NCBI GenBank assembly: GCA_038141355.1
Contig: JAYQHX010000002.1
Coordinates: 933,900 to 997,899 of the forward strand
DNA length: 64,000 nucleotides
Source of the DNA: Methanobacteriota archaeon
Lineage (GTDB): Archaea > Thermoplasmatota > Poseidoniia > Poseidoniales > Poseidoniaceae
Direction of reading: 5' to 3'
In this document: piece after piece, positions 21,219-30,450 of the stretch
How positions within the stretch are numbered: position 1 is the stretch's first letter
How the letters are laid out: every line of letters begins with the position of its first letter
Made by a program: the position numbers and the translations under genes
The notes under the pieces: generated by a model
Seen by the model: only the letters and a program-made list of their open reading frames with translations
What the model was told of the DNA's origin: nothing
Databases searched by the model: none

Positions 21219-22306
21219 TGCGCGCTGTTATGTCATTTAGTGGAGGAATGGATTCCACTGGTCTTCTTCTGCGATTGCTTGCTGAAGGATACACAGTTAG
21301 TTGCATATCCTATGATTATCGGCAAAAGCACGTCATTGAAATCGAAAAAGCCTCTCAAAATATCAAATATTTGTCCGATAACGGATATAGTATTGAACAT
21401 AAAATCGTTGATTTGAGTTCAACTATAGGGATTTTCAGTAGTGCATTGACAGATTCAGAATTAGATGTACCCGAAGGATATTACGAACAAGAACAAATGA
21501 AAGCCACAGTAGTTCCAAATCGTAATGCTATATTTTCATCAATCATTTATGGATATGCCCTGTCCATACATTCAAATGAAGACGTGCCTGTGAAGATTGC
21601 CCTTGGAGTTCATTCTGGAGACCATGCGATATATCCTGATTGTCGACCTGAATTTTATGATGCTTTGGAAAAGGCATTCAATGTAGGAAATTGGGGCAGT
21701 GAGAATATTGAATTTTATCTTCCTTACCTTAACGGTGATAAAGAATCAATTCTGAGAGATGCTCTAAAGTCGACAAAAAAACTCGGTTTAGATTTTGATG
21801 TTGTTTTTGCTAATACAATTACTTCTTACAACCCAAATGAAAATGGTATTTCAAGCGGGCGAAGTGGTTCAGATGTTGAAAGAATTCTCGCCTTTGATTC
21901 AATCGGAAGAAAAGACCCGATTGAGTACCAGGAGCCATGGGGTGTTGTATTGTCAAATGCAAAGAAAGAACAATTACGATATTATGTTATGAAACAAAAT
22001 GGTACTGAGCGTGCTTTCACAGGAGAATACGATAAGCATTTTGAAGAGGGTAATTATTACTGCGCAGATTGTGATATAATTCTATTCACTTCTGACTCAA
22101 AATTTGATTCGGGGTGTGGTTGGCCTGCTTTTTCTAAAGAACATGAAACAGCTAACATAACACAATTGGAAGATACTAGTCATGGGATGACACGAATTGA
22201 AGTGAGATGTTCAAATTGTGATTCCCACCTTGGCCATCTATTCCATGAGTTCAAGGGGCCTAGATATTGCATCAACTCGATTTGTTTAGAATTTAGGAGG
22301 GAGTGA
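21215..22306 (+). CDS. queC: 7-cyano-7-deazaguanine synthase QueC fused to a C-terminal methionine sulfoxide reductase B (MsrB/SelR) domain
   Basis: SFSGGMDST PP-loop and a QueC core (YDYRQKH, VVPNRNAIF, YPDCRPEFYDAL) through ~aa 250. The QueC Zn-Cys positions read S..S.GRSGSD. The last ~115 aa carry the MsrB motifs CADCD, GCGWPAF, CSNCDSHLGHLF and RYCINS. Confidence 0.8.
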   Translation: MMRAVMSFSGGMDSTGLLLRLLAEGYTVSCISYDYRQKHVIEIEKASQNIKYLSDNGYSIEHKIVDLSSTIGIFSSALTDSELDVPEGYYEQEQMKATVVPNRNAIFSSIIYGYALSIHSNEDVPVKIALGVHSGDHAIYPDCRPEFYDALEKAFNVGNWGSENIEFYLPYLNGDKESILRDALKSTKKLGLDFDVVFANTITSYNPNENGISSGRSGSDVERILAFDSIGRKDPIEYQEPWGVVLSNAKKEQLRYYVMKQNGTERAFTGEYDKHFEEGNYYCADCDIILFTSDSKFDSGCGWPAFSKEHETANITQLEDTSHGMTRIEVRCSNCDSHLGHLFHEFKGPRYCINSICLEFRRE

Positions 22307-22307
22307 T

Positions 22308-22757
22308 ATTACAACAATAATTCGTAGATATGTTGAGACCGATACAGGCCACAGAGTACCGAATCATAAATCCAAATGTCAACACATGCATGGCCACAGA
22401 TATAGATTTGAAGCAGAAATCGAAGGTGATGTTGTAGATGTTGAAGACGTATCTGAAGAAGGGATGTTAATTGATTTCTCTGACGTATCAAAGATATTGA
22501 CTGAACAAGTTCACGATATAATTGATCATGCTTTCTTGTACTATGAAAAAGACGAGTTATTGGTGAACCTATTTGATAAAATGCCACTAGAACATAGATT
22601 AGTGAAAGTTCCATTCATTCCGACAGCAGAAAACCTTGCAAAATGGGCTTTTGAACAGGTTGCACCACATATCAAAACAGCATATGGAAACAAATTACGG
22701 TTAGTAGCAATGCATGTCAGAGAAACCCCAAAATCCTGGGCTACTTGGAAGGATTAA
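22308..22757 (+). CDS. queD: 6-carboxy-5,6,7,8-tetrahydropterin synthase (QueD/PTPS family)
   Basis: KCQHMHGHRYRFEAEIEG (Cx3HGH) motif. The frame is open from 22290 with no ATG upstream of the listed 22386, so the start is uncertain. Confidence 0.75.
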   Translation: MTTIIRRYVETDTGHRVPNHKSKCQHMHGHRYRFEAEIEGDVVDVEDVSEEGMLIDFSDVSKILTEQVHDIIDHAFLYYEKDELLVNLFDKMPLEHRLVKVPFIPTAENLAKWAFEQVAPHIKTAYGNKLRLVAMHVRETPKSWATWKD

Positions 22758-23574
22758 TCCTCTTTCTTCTATTTCTCTTCCAATTTTCATCGTTCTTAGC
22801 AAATTCAAGTGCTGTCGTTGCCTGAATTAGTGCCCCGATTAAGCGTTCTGCCTCTAAATCTGTAGGAAGACCGCGGAATATCACACGTTCAATGACATCT
22901 TGCAATAGTTCTTGTTTATCGGTATCCAGTGATTTTGATAATTCTAATACTGATTGTTTTAGAATCGTGCGCAATTCAGGTGTCATTTCCCTTTCAGCAA
23001 CTACTCCCGTAATATTACTAGAGTCGATTACTCTGTCCCGATGTAGTTCGTAAACACAATGACCAACGGCTTGGGAAAGATTCGCTATTGGATATCCTTC
23101 CCATGTTGGTAGAGTGAGCAGTAAGTCGCATTGGTCTAAGTCTTCTGTCGAAAGCCCCTTCCCTTCTTCTCCGAATATCAATGACACTTTACCCGTATAT
23201 GTGCGCATCTTTTCTGAAAACTCCCAAGGAAGTATGAAATGCCTTTTTAGAATTTTAGAACCTACCTCTCTTTTTCCACTGGTCCCAATTACCAACGATG
23301 AATCTTGAACGCATTCTGAGAGACTTTGGAATATTTTTGTATTGTCTAATATTATACCGGAATGTTTTGCTCTGTTTCTTGCCTCTTCGTCCTCGACAGA
23401 ACAATTTGGATTGACTAATGATAATTTATCAAACCCATGGTTTAGCATGGTTCGGCATACCGCACCTAAATTTCCAGGATGATTTACACCTACGAGGACA
23501 ATTTCCAATTGATAAGGAGACTCCGGCAAGGGTATTTTTTGCCGGTCACCCATCAAATTGCCTCCGTTAACCAA
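22741..23574 (-). CDS. SpoU/TrmH-family RNA 2'-O-methyltransferase (TrmJ-like) with C-terminal extension
   Basis: LEIVLVGVNHPGNLGAVCRTMLNHGF resembles the TrmJ N-terminus, followed by a SPOUT fold and a ~100 aa C-terminal tail. Confidence 0.7.
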   Translation of the reverse strand: MVNGGNLMGDRQKIPLPESPYQLEIVLVGVNHPGNLGAVCRTMLNHGFDKLSLVNPNCSVEDEEARNRAKHSGIILDNTKIFQSLSECVQDSSLVIGTSGKREVGSKILKRHFILPWEFSEKMRTYTGKVSLIFGEEGKGLSTEDLDQCDLLLTLPTWEGYPIANLSQAVGHCVYELHRDRVIDSSNITGVVAEREMTPELRTILKQSVLELSKSLDTDKQELLQDVIERVIFRGLPTDLEAERLIGALIQATTALEFAKNDENWKRNRRKRINPSK

Positions 23575-23756
23575 CGTGGATCACATGGGCCATAAAGAAA
23601 GAATACGGCTTCTTCTTCATTTTCTCTATCTGGCATAATTATCGAATGTTTCTTGAAATTATGATTATTTCGAAGATGTTGAATCAAATTTTGCAATTCG
23701 ATTTTGTCACCATGGACGCTAACGGGTGTCCTATCCCAGGCGACACGAATCGCCAT
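23553..23756 (-). CDS. hypothetical small protein
   Basis: 67-aa ORF between S17e and the methyltransferase. No recognisable motif. Confidence 0.25.
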   Translation of the reverse strand: MAIRVAWDRTPVSVHGDKIELQNLIQHLRNNHNFKKHSIIMPDRENEEEAVFFLYGPCDPRWLTEAI

Positions 23757-23765
23757 ATAATCAAC

Positions 23766-23957
23766 TCAATCGGTTCTTCTCTGACGGTATCTTGTCACGT
23801 ATCCAGCAATCCAGTTACGCAATTTTTTAGATTCAACGTCAGTTAGTTGTTCCACGACTTTCTTGTTGTGGTCGAAATCATCTGTGAATTTTTCGCCGTG
23901 CTCTTCGCACAATCTAATCGCTCTTAATTTGATGAATGTAGGTCGAATATTTCCCAT
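23766..23957 (-). CDS. rps17e: 30S ribosomal protein S17e
   Basis: MGNIRPTFIKL...NKKVVEQLTDV.SKKLRNWIAGYVTRY matches S17e. Confidence 0.85.
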   Translation of the reverse strand: MGNIRPTFIKLRAIRLCEEHGEKFTDDFDHNKKVVEQLTDVESKKLRNWIAGYVTRYRQRRTD

Positions 23958-23959
23958 AA

Positions 23960-24235
23960 TTAATCCTCCATTAGTTTTACTTCGATAGGAATGTCTGGCT
24001 CATCGTGCCTTGTAACTTGAAGTCTAATCTTTCGAGGAGGATTTTCAATCCCTCTTGCCCAAATGGCTTCATTGACTGCTGGATCTATCCATACTTCTTC
24101 CTCTTCGGTTACCTTCAAATGTTTTACAACTTCATTCTTGATAATCTGCATTGCTCTAGGTGCACGCTTGAATCGAGTAATGTTCCATGCGTTTCGTAGA
24201 GGGACAACTAATTCACTAACTGCTGCTCTTGCCAT
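23960..24235 (-). CDS. rpl31e: 50S ribosomal protein L31e
   Basis: VPLRNAW...RFKRAPRAMQIIKNEVVKH...IDPAVNEAIW matches L31e. Confidence 0.85.
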   Translation of the reverse strand: MARAAVSELVVPLRNAWNITRFKRAPRAMQIIKNEVVKHLKVTEEEEVWIDPAVNEAIWARGIENPPRKIRLQVTRHDEPDIPIEVKLMED

Positions 24236-24239
24236 TTAA

Positions 24240-24395
24240 TCACCTCTGTAGTTTGCTGCGTCTCCAGTTGTGACGCTTAGGGTGAGAAACAGTGTTTCTT
24301 GCTGTTTTTAGCATAACCCAAACTGGTACCCTGCGGTTTTGCTTGCCCGCTTTTAGTAGTCTGATTTTCTTAGCTGCTGGTTTATTTCTTGCCAT
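24240..24395 (-). CDS. rpl39e: 50S ribosomal protein L39e (51 aa, below the ORF-track cutoff)
   Basis: Manual translation of the minus strand gives [51 protein letters not shown], a clear L39e. Confidence 0.8.
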   Translation of the reverse strand: MARNKPAAKKIRLLKAGKQNRRVPVWVMLKTARNTVSHPKRHNWRRSKLQR

Positions 24396-24404
24396 AATTT
24401 CACC

Positions 24405-24773
24405 TCAAATTCTTCTGATTGATACCTCTCGCTTGTTTTCCGAAAGGCCTGATAGAATCTTCTTTAATTGCGTATCATTAACCGGGATTTGAATTCGATT
24501 ATCTGAATGGAGTTTCGATAGATGTGATTTAACTTGAGTTGTTAATTCGGGATTGACAAGGTTTAGGCTTGCCAATCTGCTACGAGCATCTGGTGTTAGA
24601 ATTGTTTTCATTGCTGTATCCAATTCAGCTTGTTGGTTTTCAGCAGCCTTTTGTTGAATTTCCATTTCGGTTTGAGCCGCTGCTTGCTGCTCGATTTGAT
24701 TTTGTAATTCTGCCATTCTTTGTGCACGCAATGTGGCCAAATCATCATCGATATTCGAAGACATACTGACCAC
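24405..24773 (-). CDS. PDCD5/TFAR19-like double-stranded DNA-binding protein
   Basis: Q/A/E-rich helical N-terminus plus a conserved C-terminal region. Canonical archaeal position between rps19e and rpl39e. Confidence 0.75.
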   Translation of the reverse strand: MVSMSSNIDDDLATLRAQRMAELQNQIEQQAAAQTEMEIQQKAAENQQAELDTAMKTILTPDARSRLASLNLVNPELTTQVKSHLSKLHSDNRIQIPVNDTQLKKILSGLSENKREVSIRRI

Positions 24774-24786
24774 TACCTCACTTCCA

Positions 24787-25278
24787 TCAATATTTGGCTA
24801 ATCCTGGATACAATTCATCCGCAGATGACTTGACAGAATGTGCAGCCTCGTCCAAGAGTTTATGCCCATTTCCAGTCAAGGATCTTCCAGCATATAATTT
24901 CTGGTCACCGTCTTCTGATTCTACGGTTTTCAATTCTTTAGCCTCTACAAGTCCTGCATCGGTTAGTTGTTGCAGTGCTGTTCTAATGATATGCCTGCTA
25001 CCCATTGCTGGAGTATTCGGCCTTGAACCGTTGTCTTTTCTGCCACCAAATGATTGGGCTAGTGCATTGACTCCAATTGGACCTTCTCTGCCGACTTTTC
25101 GCAAAATAGCAGCACAGCGCATTTCCCACCAGTCATCTTGTACAGGGGGCTTTTCCTTGTGGACACCGGTTTTTACATAATTAGCCCAATCAGGTTTTGA
25201 AATTGCATCCAATCCGGATAATTTTTCAGCAACAGCTGGGTTCAATAAGTCAGCAGGGACATCAAAAAACGTCGTCAT
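24787..25278 (-). CDS. rps19e: 30S ribosomal protein S19e
   Basis: FDVPADLL, PDWANYVKTG, DDWWEMRCAAILRKV, RHIIRTALQQL motifs. Probable start at the internal MTTFFDV. Confidence 0.85.
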   Translation of the reverse strand: MTTFFDVPADLLNPAVAEKLSGLDAISKPDWANYVKTGVHKEKPPVQDDWWEMRCAAILRKVGREGPIGVNALAQSFGGRKDNGSRPNTPAMGSRHIIRTALQQLTDAGLVEAKELKTVESEDGDQKLYAGRSLTGNGHKLLDEAAHSVKSSADELYPGLAKY

Positions 25279-25388
25279 GTTAACACCAAGCAACTTGCCG
25301 ACCTTACTCCCATATATGAATGACACTGTTATTGAATAAAATTATGGATGCATGAATAGGGCACTGCGCACCAAGTTCAGTAGGATTC

Positions 25389-26219
25389 ATGAAGGGTTGC
25401 AATTTGGCCAAAAACATGAGAAAAGCATTGGCTCAAAATCCCAACCTATTGCGGACTTTAATGGGCTTAGGATTGACCCTAATTTTCTTGCTGGGTTATG
25501 CGGTCTATGGAGCAACAATTAGCACGGAGTACTACATTTACAAATCAGAATCCTTGGAGTCTGAAGTAAATACAACTTTCGATGACAGATACTACAATGA
25601 AAATTCTGATACCACGACATGGACATGGGATGCAAATGTAAACTCATTCAATCTTACTTGGCTGAATTTAAGCGTTAGTTCACTAGAAGATGGGACATTA
25701 TTGTATATTTCAAACACCGTTGGTTTATACAGCCACCCATCACTTGGGAAATCAGATGCAACTAAATTTTCATGTAAAGAAAATTGTTATTTTGCATTAG
25801 AACATAGAGTAAATTCTTCTGAAGGAGTTGCAGAAATTACCGCACTAACTAATCCCGACCCAGCAATCCGCGGTTCCGGTACTGTATACGCTGACTCTAA
25901 AGAGCAAGCAATCACAAAGGCAAGAAATATTCTTGCAAGCAATTACACCGATTCAAATTTCAAAATCACACTAGTAGAAATTGGAAATAAAGATGTACAG
26001 CCTATTTTGAGTTTCACGCAAGTAAATGAAGAATTGAGCAGTATTGAGAGATTTCAAGTCGACGCTGCAACAGAATTTATGTGGGCGCTTGCTGCAGTGA
26101 TCGGTTGTTTTAGCATGGTACTTGTTCCTTCGTTTACAATCTATTTTGCTGCTAGAGCAAAAGAAAAGAAACTGGAAGTCAAATTAGAACTAGCAAAACA
26201 GAATCTAGAAAATGAATAA
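25389..26219 (+). CDS. membrane-anchored hypothetical protein (N- and C-terminal TM, N-glycosylation sequons)
   Basis: Hydrophobic helices near both termini, NxS/T-rich middle. Directly upstream of the large surface protein. Confidence 0.5.
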   Translation: MKGCNLAKNMRKALAQNPNLLRTLMGLGLTLIFLLGYAVYGATISTEYYIYKSESLESEVNTTFDDRYYNENSDTTTWTWDANVNSFNLTWLNLSVSSLEDGTLLYISNTVGLYSHPSLGKSDATKFSCKENCYFALEHRVNSSEGVAEITALTNPDPAIRGSGTVYADSKEQAITKARNILASNYTDSNFKITLVEIGNKDVQPILSFTQVNEELSSIERFQVDAATEFMWALAAVIGCFSMVLVPSFTIYFAARAKEKKLEVKLELAKQNLENE

Positions 26220-26242
26220 TTTATCCGAAGGTATGATATTCA

Positions 26243-29200
26243 TTGCATATTTGTCCTGTTATGAGGACGATGAAAAAACTAGCATTCTTCGTGTTGGCGG
26301 TGTTAATTCTACCAAGTTTGACAAATGTTGCTGGTACAAATGGTCGGTCTACCAATATTGACCTCACTGTTGGGGATATTTCGATAACATATCCCGATTC
26401 AACAAATCGATCAAAATATCAAATGTTTTCATCTAATTATCCAATAATTGGTTTTTCGAAGCCACAAAACTTGTACGTCACAGACGGAGTTCTAGGTGTA
26501 GAAATGAATATCAACATCGAAATACAGAATTTGGGAACTGCTCAATCTGGTTTCATCGATGTACAGGTATATGTATTGCACAATGAATATACTAGGTTTG
26601 AATTGTTAAATTATACAACAGGTATGAGCCCAATAGCAGGTTCTGCTAGTTCTTCCACAGATGTGCTTTGGATTCCGCAATATTCTGGCAATCACACATT
26701 GCAGGTTATCGTGTCTAATAATGCAGGAGATGATGATACAAATAATAATCAGAGGAATCGACACATGACGATAGCATATTCATACGACAATTGCGCTGAT
26801 ATGTCTTTATGGAGTTCTACTGGAGATTGGAACGTCAATAGCGATGCATTCATTACATCTCCATCCGCTTTCCACATCGGTAATGGTGAATTTTCAACTT
26901 ACGCAGCATCACGAACATCTATCCTAACAACACCTGTCATGAATCTCGCAGACGATGTAAATGGTCACAAAGCCGCTATTGGCTATTCATTCTTTTACAC
27001 AGGTGGCGCAAATACGGGTGATTCATTAGTAGGGTATGCCCTTGATGATGGAGGAAATTGGGATCAGACATTCACATTGCAAAATGTTGTTGACAACGAT
27101 TTTCAAGATGGCAGTAATAACTGGCAAACTTTTACTGCTTCATACAATGGGAGAAACTCCCCTTTGATTCCGCTTTCTAATGAACACTTTCATTCTAATT
27201 CACAATTTAGATTTACATTCACTTCAGATGCTAATTCGGAGGATATCGGTTATTGGTTTGATGAATTTGTCATAATATACGACCAAGCCGCTAGAAAAAG
27301 TGAATTCAACATTGACCTCTCAGGTGTGAATACCTTTGGAGGCTTACCAGGTGATTGGTCCATTACAAGGCTAATTGCGCAAAACACCGGCAATATCTCT
27401 GCAAGATATACACCTGAAGTGTTTGGAGTTCCTGAAGGCTGGACTTATTATTTTTCAAACACAAATGGAGCGAACATAGGATCTTCAGGACTTGAAATCT
27501 TACCCGGGGAGAGTAAAATTTTCGATTTGCGTGTATTGGTCGATGAAAATGCATCGCAAGGAAATCTACCGGTAATTGTCAACATGACATCAAACACACA
27601 TTCTGATGTCACAGATTCAATAACAAGCTCGGTTAAGGTTCTGCCTTCACGTGTACCAGATATTATCCAACCAGAATTTACACCAAGATGTAAGCCAGGT
27701 GATACTTGCAATTTCCAAATTGAATTACAAAATATCGGTGAGGCTACTGACGTATTCGATATTACAATAGAAAACAAGAATGTTCCACAAGGCTGGTCAA
27801 TATCACTTGCATGGAACCAATCAACAAGCATTCTTGTAAGAACAGATAGTCCAAGATATATTTGGTTGACAGCAACAGTTCCATCAGGTATCGAACCCGA
27901 TATTACAGCAGAGGTTTATCTTACTGCTACTAGTACAAATGATTCCAGAAGATTTGATACCGAAGTAATCGATGTTGCTGCTGCAATGACGAGCGTTTCT
28001 GAAATTACAAATGAAGCCCCAGAATTGATTTTAGTAGATGCGGGTGATTCTGTCGATATCACGATGCGAATATGGAATAACGCTTCACGTATTGATATTT
28101 TCAGACCTTCTGTCACACATACAGAGATTCCGGGATGGACGGTTGTAGTTCAAAACACTCCGGATTTGGCAATATCTCCAGGATCATCTTCAGTATTCAC
28201 CATAAGAATTAGTGCGCCAACTACAGCACAAGCTGGTGATGCCGGTCCCATGATTTCTGCTAAAGCAATTTCTCTACGTTCCGGAGAAGAAATCATTGGA
28301 GATGGTTGGCAAGGTATCAAAGTTCAAACATATCACAACCTCAGTCTGGAATTATTAGACAATCCTGAAACTATGCCACCGGGTATACCTTTTGCAGTTA
28401 ATGTGAAAATTACTAACAATGGAAATGGGCCGGATACAGCAATCTTAGATTTACCTTGGTCACCAGATACCTGGGATTGGTGGGCGTTTAGCGATGGAGT
28501 AAATGTGACAGAAGGTATTGATTTGTCACCCTCATATGACCTTGAAAATGAAAAAATTGTAAATGTATGGATTCTTTTACATTCCTTGGAATCTGCAGGT
28601 GAAATCCATGAAATAACATTAAGTGTAATTTCTAGTTCCGGTACAGACATTTACGATGAGGATAATGATGTAATGTTCGAAGCAATAACTGAGATGATTA
28701 AACAACCAAGGCTTGATGGATACTTTGGAGAGATTGTGGTTGAAACAAATTCATCGCATGCTTTCAACGCTACAGCCTGGAATATCGGTAATGCCGCTGA
28801 TTCTACTATCAGAACCAAATTGATTATTCAAACCTCACCACCATCATCATGTGTTATTGGATTCATCTCGACAGATACAGGTTTGTCCAAACCATCTGGT
28901 GAATGGATGTCGCTAAATCTAGGGCCAACTCAAGCCACTGAGTTGGTAGCTGACGTGATTGTTGGTAGTGATTGTGGTTTGAATACGATTATCTCAGCAA
29001 AAATCCAACTCGAGGGAGGCATGGATGAATTGGGTCGACCAATAATGAAAGAGTTAACAGCCGTTCTTATGGTTGGTGAAAGAAGAAGTGTCGATGTTGA
29101 CTTTATATCAGTGCAAATTGAGCCAATCGATTACGACAAAACGCATGTGTTGTGGTATAATTTCACATCGACTAGTACAAAATCAGAAATCTTCGATATA

Positions 29201-29281
29201 AATGCTACATTACCAGATGAGTGGGGAATGATTTGTGATGGTATCCCAATTCATCTGAATCCTACGCATCGAATTGAATGA
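26243..29281 (+). CDS. large secreted surface protein (signal peptide, many N-glycosylation sequons; probable adhesin/S-layer-like)
   Basis: 1012 aa. N-terminal signal peptide MKKLAFFVLAVLILPSL and dozens of N-x-S/T sequons. No catalytic motifs. Confidence 0.7.
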   Translation: MHICPVMRTMKKLAFFVLAVLILPSLTNVAGTNGRSTNIDLTVGDISITYPDSTNRSKYQMFSSNYPIIGFSKPQNLYVTDGVLGVEMNINIEIQNLGTAQSGFIDVQVYVLHNEYTRFELLNYTTGMSPIAGSASSSTDVLWIPQYSGNHTLQVIVSNNAGDDDTNNNQRNRHMTIAYSYDNCADMSLWSSTGDWNVNSDAFITSPSAFHIGNGEFSTYAASRTSILTTPVMNLADDVNGHKAAIGYSFFYTGGANTGDSLVGYALDDGGNWDQTFTLQNVVDNDFQDGSNNWQTFTASYNGRNSPLIPLSNEHFHSNSQFRFTFTSDANSEDIGYWFDEFVIIYDQAARKSEFNIDLSGVNTFGGLPGDWSITRLIAQNTGNISARYTPEVFGVPEGWTYYFSNTNGANIGSSGLEILPGESKIFDLRVLVDENASQGNLPVIVNMTSNTHSDVTDSITSSVKVLPSRVPDIIQPEFTPRCKPGDTCNFQIELQNIGEATDVFDITIENKNVPQGWSISLAWNQSTSILVRTDSPRYIWLTATVPSGIEPDITAEVYLTATSTNDSRRFDTEVIDVAAAMTSVSEITNEAPELILVDAGDSVDITMRIWNNASRIDIFRPSVTHTEIPGWTVVVQNTPDLAISPGSSSVFTIRISAPTTAQAGDAGPMISAKAISLRSGEEIIGDGWQGIKVQTYHNLSLELLDNPETMPPGIPFAVNVKITNNGNGPDTAILDLPWSPDTWDWWAFSDGVNVTEGIDLSPSYDLENEKIVNVWILLHSLESAGEIHEITLSVISSSGTDIYDEDNDVMFEAITEMIKQPRLDGYFGEIVVETNSSHAFNATAWNIGNAADSTIRTKLIIQTSPPSSCVIGFISTDTGLSKPSGEWMSLNLGPTQATELVADVIVGSDCGLNTIISAKIQLEGGMDELGRPIMKELTAVLMVGERRSVDVDFISVQIEPIDYDKTHVLWYNFTSTSTKSEIFDINATLPDEWGMICDGIPIHLNPTHRIE

Positions 29282-29753
29282 AGGGCACATTAATTCGCAA
29301 ATTCATAATATGCGTTGTGAAATCATCAGAGAAGGTGGTGACTTGACAGGTGAAATAACACTTCATATCGCTGGATCCGATGATAGAATAAACCAGAATA
29401 TATCCCAAGATTTAGTATGGAATCCAAAACCTGTAGAAGAAGGTTTGTTTTCAAATCAGAATGCGGTCATTGGAGGTTCGGTAATTGGCATTATTATCTT
29501 GGGCGCAGTCATATTCTTGGTGATGAGAAAACCTGAACAAGAAGAAGATGATTATGAGATGGAAAAGTATGACTCACCTACGGTTGGTCCACCCGCTTCT
29601 GCAGTCTTTGAAACTTCTACGCCTATTCAAAGTACACCAACAACCGAAGACCCTGCAATGATAGAATATCAAAGGCAGGTTGAAGAATACAATAGACAGA
29701 TGGCAGAATACCAAGCATGGCAAGCATCGCAAGGTTCACAGCCTGAGCAATAG
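29274..29753 (+). CDS. TM anchor plus acidic cytoplasmic tail, probably the C-terminal continuation of the 26243 surface protein through a frameshift or overlap near 29275
   Basis: A single TM helix (GGSVIGIIILGAVIFLVM) then an RK and acidic tail, which is the architecture of the other surface protein at 61602. TTG start overlapping the upstream stop. Confidence 0.4.
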   Translation: MNEGHINSQIHNMRCEIIREGGDLTGEITLHIAGSDDRINQNISQDLVWNPKPVEEGLFSNQNAVIGGSVIGIIILGAVIFLVMRKPEQEEDDYEMEKYDSPTVGPPASAVFETSTPIQSTPTTEDPAMIEYQRQVEEYNRQMAEYQAWQASQGSQPEQ

Positions 29754-29766
29754 TCCACGTACTATG

Positions 29767-29943
29767 AATGAGTACCCTGATGTTTGGTACTACCTTCTAA
29801 CTCTAGTTTCCATTTTGGGCGTTCTAACATGGATTTTGGATAAATTTAGTGAGAGAGATAACATTAAGCGAATATCCGGAATCTTAGGGTCATTATGCAT
29901 GCTTGGACTGGTATATGTGACACTAACAATGGATGGTGCATAA
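29767..29943 (+). CDS. small two-TM membrane protein (hypothetical)
   Basis: MNEYPDVWYYLLTLVSILGVLTWIL...GSLCMLGLVYVTL within ORF 29680..29943. Confidence 0.3.
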   Translation, partial: NEYPDVWYYLLTLVSILGVLTWILDKFSERDNIKRISGILGSLCMLGLVYVTLTMDGA

Positions 29944-30315
29944 ATGTCGACTGAAGATTGGTTGAATTTAATTCCCATCAAGTTACCCGTTGAATGGGAA
30001 TATGTGGGTGATGCAGGCTTGCATCCAAATTTACCCAATGTATCAGGAAGAGGGGTTGTCATAATAATTCAAAAGAAATTCACTAAATTTGAAAAATTAT
30101 TGGCTAAATTACTCAAGGCACCTAGAACTGTAAGGAGAACAATGCACCATACTCAATCTATGTTATGGGAATTAATTGATGGGGAAAGAAATGTTCAACA
30201 GATTTGTAAAATAATGGACGATTTATACCATGAAGATATCGCACCGGTAAATGAACGTAAAGGCATATCTCGAAGTATTCATTGGCCTAAATGTTATTTC
30301 ATTGTTCAGAGTTAA
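29944..30315 (+). CDS. hypothetical protein, possible PqqD-like (RRE) domain
   Basis: The SMLWELIDGERNVQQICKIMDDLY segment resembles the PqqD/RRE helix-turn pattern. Weak. Confidence 0.35.
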   Translation: MSTEDWLNLIPIKLPVEWEYVGDAGLHPNLPNVSGRGVVIIIQKKFTKFEKLLAKLLKAPRTVRRTMHHTQSMLWELIDGERNVQQICKIMDDLYHEDIAPVNERKGISRSIHWPKCYFIVQS

Positions 30316-30450
30316 GGAAGAAGAGTAAGAATATTTTCAACCGGCCTACCAATAACACATCGATTCTGATCAACTAATATGGGCCGTTGTAGGAGTTTTG
30401 GATGATTAAGCAGAAGATTTTTTATCGCCGAATAATCTTCAATGTCAATT

